Shown here piece after piece: positions 38,725-53,544 of a DNA stretch of 64,000 nucleotides; position 1 is the first letter of the stretch, and each line of letters begins with the position of its first letter. Where the stretch lies: the NCBI GenBank assembly GCA_964304625.1, contig OZ199839.1, positions 1,376,221-1,440,220 of the forward strand, read 5' to 3'. The translations under genes were made by a program, and so were the position numbers. The DNA is from Kudoa neothunni. Its lineage: Eukaryota > Animalia > Cnidaria. The notes under the pieces were generated by a model that saw nothing but the letters and a program-made list of their open reading frames with translations, was not told the DNA's origin and ran no database searches.

Positions 38725-39357
38725 CGGGGGTCCTCAACCGTTTTTCAAGTTTATCCATGAGGCTGATGAAAAAAACTAAGTTTACCCTCTTAACTAGGAA
38801 GTTCAATTCATATTTACTTTATGGTTTTATACTGACTTAGCTATGGCAGAGACTACATACATGGTAAATTCTAATCCTAAAAGACATAAACGTTTGTGCA
38901 ATGGCAATTTTTAATCCCATCAACTCTATCACAAGCTGTCTACAAATTCAATTTTTAAAATTTTTCTAAATTGAATTATTTCTGGGCAATTCCTTCTCTT
39001 TTGAGTCCAGAAATAATTAAAAATAATCAATACTAGTGGCATCTGAATATTATTTACCATGAAAATAGCTATTTTAAGTATCATTATTGTTAAGCTACAT
39101 CACTAAAAGATAAACAAGGCGTAAAAGAATGAGACTTATAATAGTTTTATAAATAATTGTTAAATACTTGTTCCTGAAAACATTTTAAGCATGCCTGCCG
39201 ACTTTTTATTGAGATTTAATAGTCTTTAATAATATAATTCCTTAGAAATCCTCAAATACGGCACAAACCTCATTATGCGACAATTGTCCTATCTAGTTTT
39301 AATGTTACTTAATTTACTCCCTGTTATTTAAAATTCTTCCTCGGTTGAGAACCTCTA
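38725..39357. mobile_element. hAT MITE
   Basis: TIR CGGGGGTCCTCAACCG / CGGTTGAGAACCTCTA, 8-bp TSD CTCTAGAA. Confidence 0.85.
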
Positions 39358-41174
39358 CTCTAGAAGGATTGTTTTTTTCTGAAGCGAAAATTATTAATCG
39401 ATTTCTTCTTGATATTATTCCTTTATGAGTGAATATTCACATTAAGTAAAACTCTGTAAAATATTATTTCTCGGAAAAATAGTATTAATTTCCGGTATTT
39501 TAACGCGACAACTCATCCCAGGAATATACTTTGATTATTTCATAGGTCAAGGTTTTAAGTACCGCAATTTTGTTTACAGTAAAGCGTATTAAAGATCTTA
39601 CTTTTTTAGTCATCATTCTTCCAAAATTCAAAGAACGGATAAGCTAAAATAGATTGATTTACTCATTAATCGTTGATGTTATGAAATGGTTTTCTAATGA
39701 CATTCATCGCATAAATATTATATAATCCAAATATGACTGAACGCAATTTAGAAAATGACTTAAAATATAACATTAGCTATTGATAGTTTTAATCCTAAAT
39801 GATATTTACGCATTCGCTTTGCAAATTTTTAATCACAGAAACTCCTATTTATAATTGATATATAAGATTTATTTTTGAGAATGTGTGGTGTTTAATTATT
39901 TTTAACATATCGCTACAGCTCTTAACGACCAAAAATAATTACCTACAGTCAAATTTACACTAACCTGGATATTATGATCTATGGAAGTAGCCATTTTTAT
40001 TTATTATTGTATTATTTTCCTTTATAAAATATCAGCCCTTTTTCCACATGTCATTTAGATATTTTAAATAATTATTATTCTATCTTGTGCGCATATTCCC
40101 AAGCAGTAAAGTTATTATTTGTTAAATAACCAATTATATATTCGAAACATTTTAATAATTTTTTAAATTAAATATTCGTTCATCAACTATTTAAATATTA
40201 GAATTTGTTATTGCCGTAAGGGTAAACAGAAGAATTGATTATTTTTACTATCGTCTTTGCTTTCATATTCCCGAATTTTTACAAGTTCTTTTCGTTAATG
40301 TATATGTATTGAAACAGTTGGAAATTGCCATGCTCAACTATAATGTTTCTTTTTTCCCAATTTTAGTGTTTACTATATCGTTCATTGTATCTAAATTGAA
40401 TCGTAATTTGGTATTCATTTAAGTCCACGTCATCACTCCATTTGGGACTAAATCCAGCCTCTCTCGACACTTTTATATTCTGTGTGTTTTGACGGCTTTT
40501 TTAAGATCTTTTCATGCGAAACAAATACTACTGTGGGTCTATTCGTCTGATTACAATCAAATATTCAATTAAAAATGTCGATCTTTTTATTAAATATCGT
40601 TTATAGATGAACTTAAACGAATAAAAATTATCTGGCCCATTGTTACAATTGATAGCTTATAAGCTGTAACATTTAAATTGTACTTCTTGGAAGATCATAT
40701 CAATTCAATGCTGAACAATTTTTCTGATGGATGGCAGTTAGAATTATCAAAGGAAAATTATAATTATTTTATTTTTGATTTTACTAATATGACCATATTT
40801 AATAGCGCTTAAATATCTGTAAGTCAACCACGTTTTCCTTTTAGAAACATTGCGGGATGAGGTTCGCGTTAAAATAATGATTAACGTTAAATGTTCATAA
40901 TGGCTAATTACTAAGTTCTCAAGTTTTTAATCCACCGTCGATGCCTTAATAAAAGCTTAATTCTATTTATGGAGCTCTTATGGCTCATAACACATTTGAG
41001 AAGTCGTCAGACAAGACGTAACTTCTCCCTAGGTTAATTTTCATTTGACTTATATTTCGTCAATTTTTATTTTTTAGAATTATTATGAGCTAAGGTTTAA
41101 TTACTTTTTTTATGACTATGTTTCCGATAGATAAATTTTCAGCTTACATATTTTTTAAGTGATATGCAATAAAG

Positions 41175-41873
41175 TACCGTATTCATTCGAATATAACGCT
41201 CAAAATTCTCTACCAAAAGAAGGATCCAAAGGTTGGATGTGCCATCTACTCGAATAACTTTATAATAAATTATACTCTCTTATATAAAGGGTAATTGGAT
41301 GCTTTTGATTTAAAGTAACTGTCTCGTTAGAATTAAACCCCTTATCGGGTTAATAGTTTTAAACTAAAAGTTTATGTTAGTCTTGCCATCCATTATTGGC
41401 TTCTGGGTGTAAAAATTTTCTTCCGTCATAAAAGTCTAATTTAAGCGAATTAAATTAGTCTTTAAACTAAATATCAATTGACATCCTCGTCATATTAATT
41501 TTCTTCTCAATATCATTACGTAAGGTGTACAGGATTTCTCAATTAAACTTGGCACCTTTGCAATTGAACGCAGCACTTTTTTGACTTTTTTGGTTCTGAC
41601 CAAAAGAGTATTTAAACATTAAAATCTTTATAAATAAATATTTGTTATGATTTTTATTTTAAAAGACATACTCCAATGGAAAAAATATACACTTCACTTT
41701 ATTATTAAATACATTTCGAGTATCTAGAGAAGTTTTTACGTATAGTCTATGATAGGTTCGCTTTAAGTATTCTTATTTAAATGTTATTTTTAGAGACAAT
41801 ATAACATAAAATGAGACGCTTTTACATTAATATAAAATGTTGGAACAAAAAATCACTTTGACTAAATACGGTG
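41175..41873. mobile_element. Tigger-like element (TACCGTA termini)
   Basis: TACCGTATTCATTCGAA ... TTTGACTAAATACGGTG. Confidence 0.5.
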
Positions 41874-44610
41874 ATAAATGCAACGCGAGAGCATAAAAAA
41901 ATCGAATAGGTTTCTTTGTTATTCCAGAAAATGGGGTTAGAAACAAAATTCTCTCATTCTATTAATTACATGTGGCGGAAACTAACCAAGATCATTGGTT
42001 TCTAAGGTTGAGTTTTCGCACATAAATTATTCTAGAATATGACCTATAAAAATATTAAATTTAATGTTTTTTATTTCATTTTTTAATCCGGTCAGGAAGT
42101 TGTTAATAATTTTGTTTAAGGCCGACGTTTATTTGTAATCTGGATGCTAGATGGGTTATAATATTTAATTTATGAAGAAATTGGAAAACAGGAATAATTT
42201 GTAAACGTAAACCATAATTTTTTACGGAAAATATTAATAAATCAAATATGTAAAAAAATTTTATAACTATTCCTAGCCAAAAATTGATATTACAGTAGTC
42301 CGAAAAGGATTTTAACGTTTAAGTATGGATTTGGGTCAGATCCAAAAATGTGTCGAGTTTAATCGTAAACATGTCGAGTTCAGTTGCAAATTTCCGCGTT
42401 CAATTCAGAAACCCTATAATTTCCAATGATAGAACCTATAAAATTTGCAGTGCCATTCAAATAATTCTTTCGCAGATTTTTTGTTGCTTTATTTAGTATT
42501 TAGTTACTCCGTTCTCAATTAATTCCTTAATTTGTACTTTCTTATACAGAATACTACTAAAACTTGATTGGAATACAAGACTAAAAATTTTAGTACTGTG
42601 ACTTTTATGTTTTCAAGGTGGACTTGAAACATTTTAGTAAGCGACAATTATTATTAATTATACAAGCTTTTGAGGATTTTTAATCACCTTATGAATCAAA
42701 TGATAGCTAGAGACATTTTTATGTCAACATCATCGCAAAAAATGCGTTTAATAAATAATAGATTAAGATTGCTGCATTATATTGAATTTCTTTTTCCGAA
42801 TCATTTTTCGGATATTGAAAATCATTTAAAATAAATATTTAAACATAAATTTAAGTCATTTGTTTAACATACGATAAATGCCGTTATAAAATAGCTAATG
42901 TTCGCATTAGTTGTATTGTGTGTTAGCCGCCAACCGACGTACCTCATAAATTTCTTCTGGCCCAGAAAACTACATAATAGCCAGATTCGACTGTAGTTTC
43001 ATCTTCAATTCGTATGGTTCACGACTTCAAATTGAATGATATGTAGAAATCATCAAAATTTAAAACAATTTAATTATTATATTAAAATTAATTTTATCAA
43101 AAAATTTTTTATTATCTTTAGAAAGTTAATAAATAATAAATAAAAGTAGTATGGATTTAGGGCGTATCGCAAAGGTCACAGAAATCTCACATAATTTAGA
43201 AATTATTTTTTAAAATAATTATTCTAATTTTATCATACCAGTAATTTGAAAAATGTAAACAAAAACATCTCGCGTATAATAAACTTCGGATAATATCATA
43301 TTTTCCGACATGGCACTAGAAACCACGGTTATAAAGTACTTCAGTTCTGAATCATTTAAACTTGAAAAATATTTAAGTATATAGTAATAAATATTGATAT
43401 ATAATTCTTTTTGATCGCATCGCCGTTCGAATATACCAATAATAATATATCTTACTTTTGTTCCCCTGTAAATAAAGTAAACCCTCATATTTTCACTTTT
43501 TTGAGCAATAAAAATATCAAATCACAATAGAAATCAGAATTTACAGTTTTCCCAAAGTTATAATAAAGGCGGAGCTACCAACCAGTTAATAAAGTGAAAA
43601 TTCCAGATCATTAATCCACCAGTGAGAAGAGGCTTAAATATTTAATTCATTAGCTAACCAGAAGGGAATAACTAGTCCAATCATGGATTTTGACAAATAT
43701 TAGCAATTCGTTTACTAAACTCCTTCATTTAACGTTTTTGCAATCGAATTGTATTACTAACTTTTCACAAAAGTTTCTTAATCTTTTGTTATAAACTTAT
43801 AATAAATCAACGTAATTAAAATGTTGATTTTTGATATATTTCATAACTTTAATTTAATGAAACTTCAAAACGACAAAACCAAATAAAGGATGATAAAAGT
43901 TGACAAAATACTTTAAAGTAAACAGAATCACAACATTAAATCTACATTATAATGACGATTATATACGACAGTTGTCGACTAATCCTTTTTCTATATGAGC
44001 TTCTTGAATAATGCAAATGGGATTTTTATTTAGTGAAAGGATTCTTCTGAAAATATGAGTTAAATTTTACCTAAGTTAGTTAACCATAGCTTCCGACATC
44101 GAATAAATAAATGAATAATTACGGGGATTATTTGTACACAATTTGGCAAATTCCGACAAAGCGATCGTAGTTCATATTATCAACTAGGTTAAAATAAATA
44201 ACAAACCCACAGAATTAATTCGGTAGTATGTCATTCTTGGTTGGTGAACCGATGGAATAACCAAAACAAACCGATTACCTAAATAGAATATTATTTATGT
44301 GAGAGCCGAAATGTATTGAGAAGGTAGGCTGAATGAATTTAGGTAGTTCCAGTGAAAACCCACACTATTGTGGTAGTAATTAGGATCACTACATTCTTAA
44401 ATGAAACGACTAATTTGAGCCATAATTTGTGAGATAAATCTTCAAAATTGTTCCGAATAAACCTATTATTGATATTTTAAATGTGCATTCTCGTTTAGCT
44501 ATTGGAATGTTGTTGAAAAAACTTTCCAACAGCATAGCTGTATTTAAGCTGACTAATTAAAAATATTAACCATCGACAAAGATTTTCTAACGCTTAAACA
44601 TAAAATCCCA

Positions 44611-46499
44611 ATGAACAAGAGTGAATCGGATTATTTCGTGTGTGCTAAAATGGAACTAGCTCCAACCTATACAGAAGGTCGACTCACTAATGCACCCTTA
44701 TTATACGAAACAAAGTACACAAGACCATTTTATTGAAATTTTAAGTTTTTCCCAGAATGAATGACACCGAAATCGATTCTAATAGTGAGATTGTCCATGA
44801 GAGTAACACCTCTCGAAAATCTCTTTTTACCTTTTCTGCCATGTCTGCAGCATATTCCTTGTATGCAATGGTATCTAATGTTGGTTACACATTTAAAGAG
44901 AAAATTTTTCCTCGTCGATATGAATTTTTAGAACAAACTGAACAACAAATCTATCGATGTATTATATCTAAGGGCTTATTGATTAACTACAATTCACATT
45001 TTTTTTTAATTAATGCCGTCCAACTAGATAATTTGAAATCAGCTTCTTAATTATTGTTCTATCATAGGTGTGAGAACCAACCTTTATCATTATTACATCG
45101 AAGTTGGAAACAATGTTAAAATATGGACCATATCATCTGTACCTAGAGAAATTATGACCAAATATAAAAACAATGAACTCACACAATCCCAAATTGAATA
45201 TTTCAACTTGGATAGACTTCCAGTTTTGATGATTCATGGTTTTTGTGCAGGGTCGGGATTTTGGAGTATGAACATTGACCATATTTGTGAAACAGATTCA
45301 CCATTTTTCGCCATTGATATCCCTGGGTTTGCACACAGCTCAAGAATAACATTCCCTACTGATCCTCAGGAAACCGAGGATGTTTTTGTGGAATCTTTTG
45401 AACAATGGCGAACAGAATTAGGATTAGGAAAACTTATTATGATTGGTATGTGTCGCTAGAATCAACATTTTGATCGCTCAATATTAAACGATTATTTTTT
45501 AGGACACAGCATGGGAGGATTTTTGACAACTGCATATGCGTTGAAATATCCCAACAATGTTCTAAATATTATTCTTGTTGATGCATGGGGATTCCCTGAT
45601 TTGAAAGAAACAGTGACAAATGTGATGCAAAAAGAATCATCATCTGTTGTTGGTTATCATCTTGTTAATAAACAAGGCTGGTTTCGTGTTTTGATGTTTC
45701 TGTTTAAACCATTTTCACCGTTTGCTCTTCTCAGATGTTTCGGATCTGTTTTCGGCCCTAAACTCATTCACAAAATTAGACCACAATTTGCCCATCGTTA
45801 TGCCAGAGTTTATGGAGACGATGACTATATCACAATTAACAACTACATCTATAGCATTAATTCGTTCACACCAACGTAAATGATTAATTTTTAAATCCCT
45901 TTTGTCGAATATATTTTTATTAATTTAACTATCAATTAATTACTTAATTAATTAATTAATCAATCGAATGTTTAACTTTATACGAAAAAGATTATCGATC
46001 GAAAACAGCAATCATGTAGTAAATAATGTCTGTGTAGAGGGGAAGAAGCATTTCGAAGTTTGGCACACCCACTAGGATGGGCCAAAAATCCTATTCTTCC
46101 TCGAATTCATAAACTTCCTCCCTGGGTGTGTATCAACTTTGTTTACGGCTCTCGTTCGTGGATCACTTCAGAGAGCGGGTTTGATGTAGTTTTTTGATTG
46201 GTGAAATATTCTTCAAATCTTCATCCTTATAGGCCAAAGAAATCCTCAAAGATAACAAAGTCAAAGTGTATGTGGTGGATAATGCTGGCCATCATATATA
46301 CGCTGATCAACCAGAAGTTTTTGGACATCTTTTGCAAAAAATTATACGAAAACATAACGTTCCGAAAAATTCGTTTGACTTGTTGGATGGCAGCTCACCA
46401 CATTTCACTGAAACCATATCGTTGGGCTATAAAACCAATGTTGAAGATATTCGTTGCAGTTTCAGCTACGCACTTGATGACAATCAAGTCATTTGGTAG
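44611..46499 (+). CDS. ABHD4: Alpha/beta hydrolase ABHD4/ABHD5 family, catalytic Ser present, 6 exons
   Basis: PVLMIHGF, AIDIPGFAHSSR, GHSMGG nucleophile motif across an intron, LVDAWGF, GEEAF...GWAKNP, YGSRSWI, AGHHIYAD (HX4D). Confidence 0.9.
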
Positions 46500-47410
46500 T
46501 GATGTTTACCTGCTCGAGCACAGATTTTCATTCTTTAATCTTGCAAAAAATTTACTTTGTAGTCTGTATCTTTGTATTATTTTATTTGTTGGTCCATATT
46601 AAAATGTTTCTGTTTTCTTAGCTTATGAATTTTCTGATCGTAATTAAATTTACTATATTTTATACAATGCCGTGAACGAGCTTAGAAGGCGGGGATAACG
46701 TTCGTGTTGGAAAAGTTTTTCGCTGAAGTATTAAAAATTATCCGGTTTCATTTAGCCAAAAGATTTAACTCAATGTAACTGAACTCATTTTAACTGTCTG
46801 TGTTACTACTATTCCGAACAAATTAATTAGGAACTTTGTTATTTATATTTTGTTAGAATTGAACCCATTATCCGATGAGCCTGAATTATAAATAACTCTT
46901 TTCGTCTACTGAATAAACTCTACTGAAAGCTAAATTACTCCTGCTAATATTTTCGAATACGTATTAGAGAAATACACTAATACTAATGAAAAAAAGGCGC
47001 GTATGGTTCTATCAGCTTAATCCTCTTATGTAGGGGTTACCTAAAGTCTCGACTGAGGCGATTTTATTAACTCCTTTTGGCAGGATCCGATGAAATTGTA
47101 CCATTATATTTGCATAGTTATTTATATATAATTTTTATTCCATAAATCTACTGAGAACGTTGTAATTATTATTTTTTAATTTTTATATTAAAAGTTAAAT
47201 CAAAGCCTCGGCTAGCATATCATTACAAGATTCTGAGGGTGATAAAATTGAACAATGTATCGTAAGCATGGATCACGGCAGACTTTATATTGATCTAATT
47301 TAAATTTTACAATAATTAAAATAAATTGTTGTTTTGTTTTAGTTGACAAAATTCAGATAAATAAAATATAAATGACATAATCTTTCCCGTAGTAGTGGAA
47401 AAGGTTAACG

Positions 47411-48077
47411 GATTGTATCCCAACGTGGCCCCACGCCCCACTGTCGAGACAGAAATTTTTGAACGTTTAATGCACTGCTTTGGTGTGATATGGATAATGA
47501 TGAGATAATTAGAAAGTATGACGTACTTTGAAATCCATATCGCGATTTTCGATATCGTTTATTTTTAAATGACGGTTAATATCATGAAAAATATAAAAAG
47601 CAGTTAATAACAATATTTGACGCGTCCTTCATCCAAATAAAATCAGAATGGTCTGAATCTCAATCTTGTCTTATTTTGAATCATATATCCCCTTCATTGA
47701 TTTAACCTTGTATAATATTGATTAATTTCGTATTTATACTATTTATTTTCGCTTCATTAGCCTTGTGTACACGAAAGTCTTTCCCAATGAAGGTTGGAAT
47801 ACCAAGGATTTCACTTGATGCTGGTTTGGACGGAACGAAGAGCTACAAATGTATATTTTTAAGATCCATCCATAAATTAAGTTAGATCTGATCGAGAAAA
47901 TTTTAGTAAGAAAAGAAATATATATAAATTTCTTTAAACGTTTAATGTGATGGGGAGCTTTATTCAAAGTTATAAACAGTTTCAATTTAAAAACATCGAT
48001 ACTTTTTAAGGAGATGGGACATGGGACATTTTTTCAAAAACAAGTGGGGCACGATAGCAAAGGGTTGGAAAACATTG
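47411..48077. mobile_element. hAT MITE, old
   Basis: GATTGTATCCCAAC / GTTGGAAAACATTG, degenerate TSD GGTTAACG / GGTCAACA. Confidence 0.55.
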
Positions 48078-48655
48078 GGTCAACAGACGTTCTAATGGAG
48101 TTAATTAATGCGCCTCATTAAATATCTATCAATACCACCTAATGCATTCTCCAGAAAATGTTTTCTTAATTTTCGAATTTCTCTATTTATGTTTAGTTTT
48201 TTTAATTTAACGCCTAAGAATACATGTCTCGAGTAAGATGAAAAATGAATTGTAAAAGGTTCGAATAAATTTAACTTTAACTGAAATAATAAGTCGAGTT
48301 GTTAATGAATGGAATAAATTAATAGAGTTCCATAATTACAAATTACCACAATTCATTACTGTTCCTGTATCACCTCAATTTCCTTACATTTTTGTTAATG
48401 AAATATTGAATTAAAATGAAAAAATTTTAACAATTCAATTTTACATTATATTTAGAATAGTTATTCAAATATTCAAATGCGGTAGAAAATTTATTCTCAG
48501 GGTTAGGTACATTAAATTCTATATTTGCCAAGGCCTTCCACGTAGTTCAAAATTCAAAAAAAACAACTTTTGACATTGTTTATGACACAGCAACCATTCG
48601 CAGGAAATACTTTTTGTCGGATAGCATGCGTGCACCCCTAAATACTAGTTTAAGA

Positions 48656-50010
48656 ATGAGCGGTAATGATTCCACTGTTTTGGGCTATATAATGCTGAAA
48701 ACTAAAAGATAAAATGATAAAATATTGTTTAAAGATTTTTTCTACGTAAAAGACTATGCCAATAAAATAAAACAATACTGGAGATGTGAGACATGGACAT
48801 GTAAGGGCCGTATTACAACCTCTCCGTTAGAGAATATTACTGAAATCAATTTTATTTCACCCCATAATCATATTGTTTCGGAAGAAAACATTAAAAAAGT
48901 AATGTTTCAGGATGAAATAAAAATATTGGCTCAGAAAACCCAATACTCTACCAGCAAGGTATTTTCGATAGCGACTACTTCTAAAAATATCAACTCGCTC
49001 CCTATTATGGTCAAAAACTCGATTTACAAAAATATTCAAGCTATTAGACAACGCAAAAGCATTTCTATTTCTACGAATGAAGACCTATCAAAATCAAATA
49101 TTACGACATTCAGAGGTGGAAGTTTTTCTCTTTGACTCAGGTTCTGAGTCTGACTCAAGAATCATTATTTCTTCAACTGAGAGTAATATCCCACATCTCA
49201 AAAATACTTCTGTTCGGATAGCAGATGGCACTTTTAAAGTTGTGCACCATGAATTTTATAAACTGTGTATAATTCACGGGAAAATCTTCGGAAAAATATT
49301 TCCTCTAATCTATATTCTCGTGGAAAATAAAACAGAACATGATTATGATATTATCATAAGAATCATACATGATAAATTAGAATTGGAATTTCCGGAGAAT
49401 ATTATAATCGACTTTGAAGTCGCTGTCTATAATTCGTTTAGAAAAGCCTCCAAAAGAAGTAATATTTATTTCTGTTTATTTCATCTTAGGCGGTGTCTTT
49501 GGAGGAAAATTCAAAAAAAAAGGTTAACAAAAATATATAATGCAAATTTAGATTTTAGGTGCTTTTCTTCCAATTTCAAACGTTGAGCAAAAGTTCAATA
49601 AATTTAAATCCAGAGCATTAACTTTCAAAGGTAGTCAACTGCTAGAATTCATTAATTAGTTTGAAAAATTTTTTATTTTATACAAAAAATATCCGATTTC
49701 ATCTTGGAACGCCAATTTTCGAGTTAGGTAAGACGTTTACCTTACGACGAATACAGCGGAACTATTTCGTCTCCATTTATCATCAAGATTCAGTCAATTT
49801 CATTCTGGCATTGATACTTTCATATCTAAATTTAAGGAAATCCGAAATTTAGTGTAACAGGAATTATGTTTTGTGCTACCCAAATACTAAGAATTCAAAT
49901 TATAAATCAAAAATGGAAATAATTCGAAATATTTGTCCCCAATATGATAAATACTATGGAAACCTATTTTTAAAATCCATTACAAGAATTTATAGTTAGA
50001 GATTTGATTA
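48656..50010 (+). mobile_element. Mutator-like (MULE) transposase with FLYWCH finger, frameshifted
   Basis: YWRCETWTCKGRI...HNH; ADGTFKVV...LCIIHG...PLIYIL; IIIDFEVA; FCLFHL. Confidence 0.85.
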
Positions 50011-50150
50011 AATTATCCGTTAAAAAATATATATTTCAATAATCTATTACATTTGTTTTATTGCACACGATCGGCGAATAGTCGCTTAGCGATATTTATG
50101 AAGTCACAAGAAATTCTGTTGCTAAAAATATGGGCCAACGCTAAAAAAAT

Positions 50151-51417
50151 CACGTTCCCACGCTGGGGGTCAAAATGACCTCCAGCCTTTTTGAGAAAAC
50201 TCTTAGTTTTTTAATGGTTTTTAGATATAATAAAGTATTATTTATTGTTATAGAAGACTTATAAAAAATTTTAATCAGCGCATGATAAAATATGGATATT
50301 GCCAATTATAGTCGTACACGTGACACAATGGATCCTGAATTCACTGAATACGATCCTCATTTTGAAGAAACTAATATTGAATTTAGCAATTGTATAATTG
50401 AGAACCCCACATCAGATTACTATTATTACGATAATAAAATTGATCTTTCCATCGAAAATATCTACGCAGTGACATTAAAGGAGGGAGAAAATGGTCTGAG
50501 CAACCAACACGCATTCGAAGACAAATTGACGCAGAGAACATTTTCAAACATAAAATACCCTTAAAAAATAATGCACTAAAAATTTTGATACTCTAATTTT
50601 TGAGTTTTTAAATTTTCTGGAAAATGAAATGTTAGATTTGATTGTTGAATATATAAACAAATACATAAAGAATGAGTTACAATAGCAAAATTCAATTACA
50701 AAAGAGGAATGAATGAAGTTTATTGGTTGTTGTTAAATTTAAGAATAATGAAGAGGAAAAATATGGATGTGCGCGATTACTAATATTTGCAATCTCGAGT
50801 TAAGCGAATTTATAGGCACGTATAGAATTTTTTACAATGACTACTAAATAAGTTAGTCCTGAAATGCGAGCAAAATGTTGAAAGATCCTATGCTACAGCC
50901 GTGTTAATGGTCTTATTGCTAAAATCAATCTCATCATGAAAGTCTTGATAGTCTGGTTGTAATAGGGAATTCAAAATATTCCTCCACCACACATAAATTA
51001 TGTATTATTTAAAAAAATTGTTTTGAGATTTTTCTATTTCCAAAAGAAGAAAATTTTCGGTGGGTTACAATCTAAGACACACGTTTGAATAAGAGAGTAA
51101 TTTCTTAATATTTTTTAATTATATTTTAATACTATTACTTTTTCTGTTATAACAAACACACCTTTTTTGAAATACAATGTCAACTGCTTAATTACTATTC
51201 GGAGTTACTAAAAAAATTGTAGGGAACGCGATTTTTTATGCATCGAGGCTTGAAATATTTTTAAAGATGAGATATAAAAATTTTTAATTTTGTATTATAA
51301 TCGTTAAGTTTCAACAACAAATTAGAGTTGAAGAAATTTTTTTCTCTTGGATATGTTTACAAGAGACATCGATTAAGTCCGATGGGTTCAAAATAACCCC
51401 CACCGTGGGTATGGGGT
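50151..51417 (+). mobile_element. piggyBac-like non-autonomous element
   Basis: CCCACGCTGGGGGTCAAAATGACC / GGTTCAAAATAACCCCCACCGTGGG...TTAA; remnant FLENEMLDLIVEYINKY near 50615. Confidence 0.65.
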
Positions 51418-51849
51418 TTAAATTGGAAGCTAAATTCATATGTACTTTAAGGTTGTATATTTTTTAAAGTACAATTCGGCTACATTTCTAAAGAAAAAAT
51501 CGAGACACACAAGAAAGAAACTGACCATAACTTTATAAATAATTATTCCCAAAAACATTTTGAACACTTCTACCAACATCTTAATTGAGATTAATAGCCC
51601 TGAATAATATAACCCTTTAGAAATCTTTACGTACGTAATAAACCGCATTATGCAATAATTGCCCCTATTCGATTTTGACGTCACTTAATTTACCCCAGGT
51701 TGAGAACATTAGCCTATATTTTTTAGAATGTGTAACCCAAACTCTAAATTTAACTGGGAAACTGTTGATTTCTTGTAAGTGTACTAATTTAAGTGATTAG
51801 ACTTTTATATAGCTATGTTAAGTCAAATCAACTTAATTTATGTTAACAT

Positions 51850-53544
51850 TCAAGGGAGGCAATTTAAGCCTATAATTTTGTTGCGTAGAAATATATTGAC
51901 TAAGTAGTTTCTATTGAAATTATCAAAGATTTCGATTTCAGCTTTTCTGGATAGGGTTCGCAATTTCTTTAGACATTCCTTAAAGTCTTTACTAAAACAA
52001 AATTATAAATTTTGAAAGTTATGCATTGAATAACATAAATATAATAGTTTACTCTGATGTATTTTCCATCTCACAAATCAGTCCATTTAAAAGGGCTTTA
52101 TCTTGTTTACTCATTGTTATTGTGAGCTCTAGGGAAACGTTGTTTCTAGATGATTAATCGTAAGCTACAGTGGGCAAAACAAAAATCTAGTACAGTTGTA
52201 GATCGGTAGGAGTTAATCCAATAAATTGCATACTATCACAATTATAACACTTTTCCAAATGATTAAAATTCTTTAACATTTTTTATTCACAAGACTATCA
52301 TTATGTTTATTAGCTTACCTTAGATCCATATTTGTATGTCTTAAAAATACAGAAACCTATAAAGTAAAAAGTCACCAATTTTTCGAATTTTTTTTCTCAA
52401 GTATACCATGTGGATTCATATCACACAGAGTATAAATTGGTAGGTTTAATTGGGAGTGAATTTTATTAACAAACATTCTAAATTCTAAATCTGGATATCC
52501 TTTCCCCTACATACAACACAATTATGCATGTAAACTGATACGCGGCTAACTAAATGGATAGATGTACAGTTAAAAGAATATGTGGTCCTAGTGTTTGTTG
52601 AGTGTATCTATTTGCTAATCTATAAAATATTGCTTCCTTTTCTACCAAAATAATAAATATTCTGTTGGATTGGTTCGAATCTAACTAAACCTGATTTAAA
52701 ATTACTTCAGTGGCAACCTAATAACCTTTTCAGCGCATAATGTCAACTTAATTTTTTGTATATAACTAATTTTGGTGGAAATACTGTAGCCCTAGTTATA
52801 ATCAGCGCTTATATAGCTATATAAATCTGCTACACCATCGTAGAAACAGTCGATTGTTTCATCATCATTTTGGCATAACACACATGGTCCATATATCATC
52901 CCTTAGCAGCTAAATCGTTAGAATTGCAATGTAAACAATAGAAACTTACCTTTGGAATGAGAAACCTACAATAGGTTTTATAATATATTTCAAAGTTTAA
53001 TCAATTACTAGATTCAGCTGAGATGGTGAGACATTACAAATTTTACTCAAATTCTTTATATCACCCAAAAATATTGAATAATTTTTGTAAAGATGTTTCA
53101 ATGAATAGAAGATATCCCTTAATATTTCAATTAATAAAATTAAACAAATACTAGTTATAAACGATTTAAAAATAAATATAATTGGTATCATATCTTACGA
53201 TACCTTAGTGTTATGCGATTTTTACTTCTGATCAACTGGTACATTGAATTAGCTAAAAACATTCTTCGACCTATCTTTGAATATTACTATATGTTATACA
53301 GAAAAATGTGTTACAAATGATCCTTATTTTATTCCCGTCAATCTTACTATATAATTGAGTTAAGCGCGAAAATACTGAGACAACTGTACGTACATTCTGT
53401 ATTGTAACGACCCGTTCTTGTTTATCTTTAATATTTGAGTCAAGCTTTTATACATGTAATTGTCTATTATATTTAGCAACCTGACAGAATATTTTTTGTT
53501 TGATTAAGTCGAAATTACTTATTTTGGAAATTGCCATCATCCAT
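51850..53544 (-). CDS. SPO11: Meiotic topoisomerase-VI-like endonuclease SPO11, 14 exons
   Basis: Hand-spliced: MYQLIRSKNRITLRDIFY (catalytic Tyr), NLVSHSKGMIYG, ILVEKEAIFYRL, LLTGKGYPDLEFR, LCDMNPHG...YKYGS, FIGLTPTDL, KAEIE...YL..FLRNKI. All junctions GT-AG and in frame. Confidence 0.92.

Noticed and set aside
20041-53544. Genome-wide stop-codon reassignment
   Set aside because: SMC1, ABHD4, the CDK and SPO11 splice without in-frame stops (apart from one indel), Trp is TGG, and TAA, TAG and TGA all end genes.
20041-53544. Meiotic gene cluster (SMC1 plus SPO11)
   Set aside because: They are 22 kb apart with unrelated genes between, and SMC1 is also mitotic.
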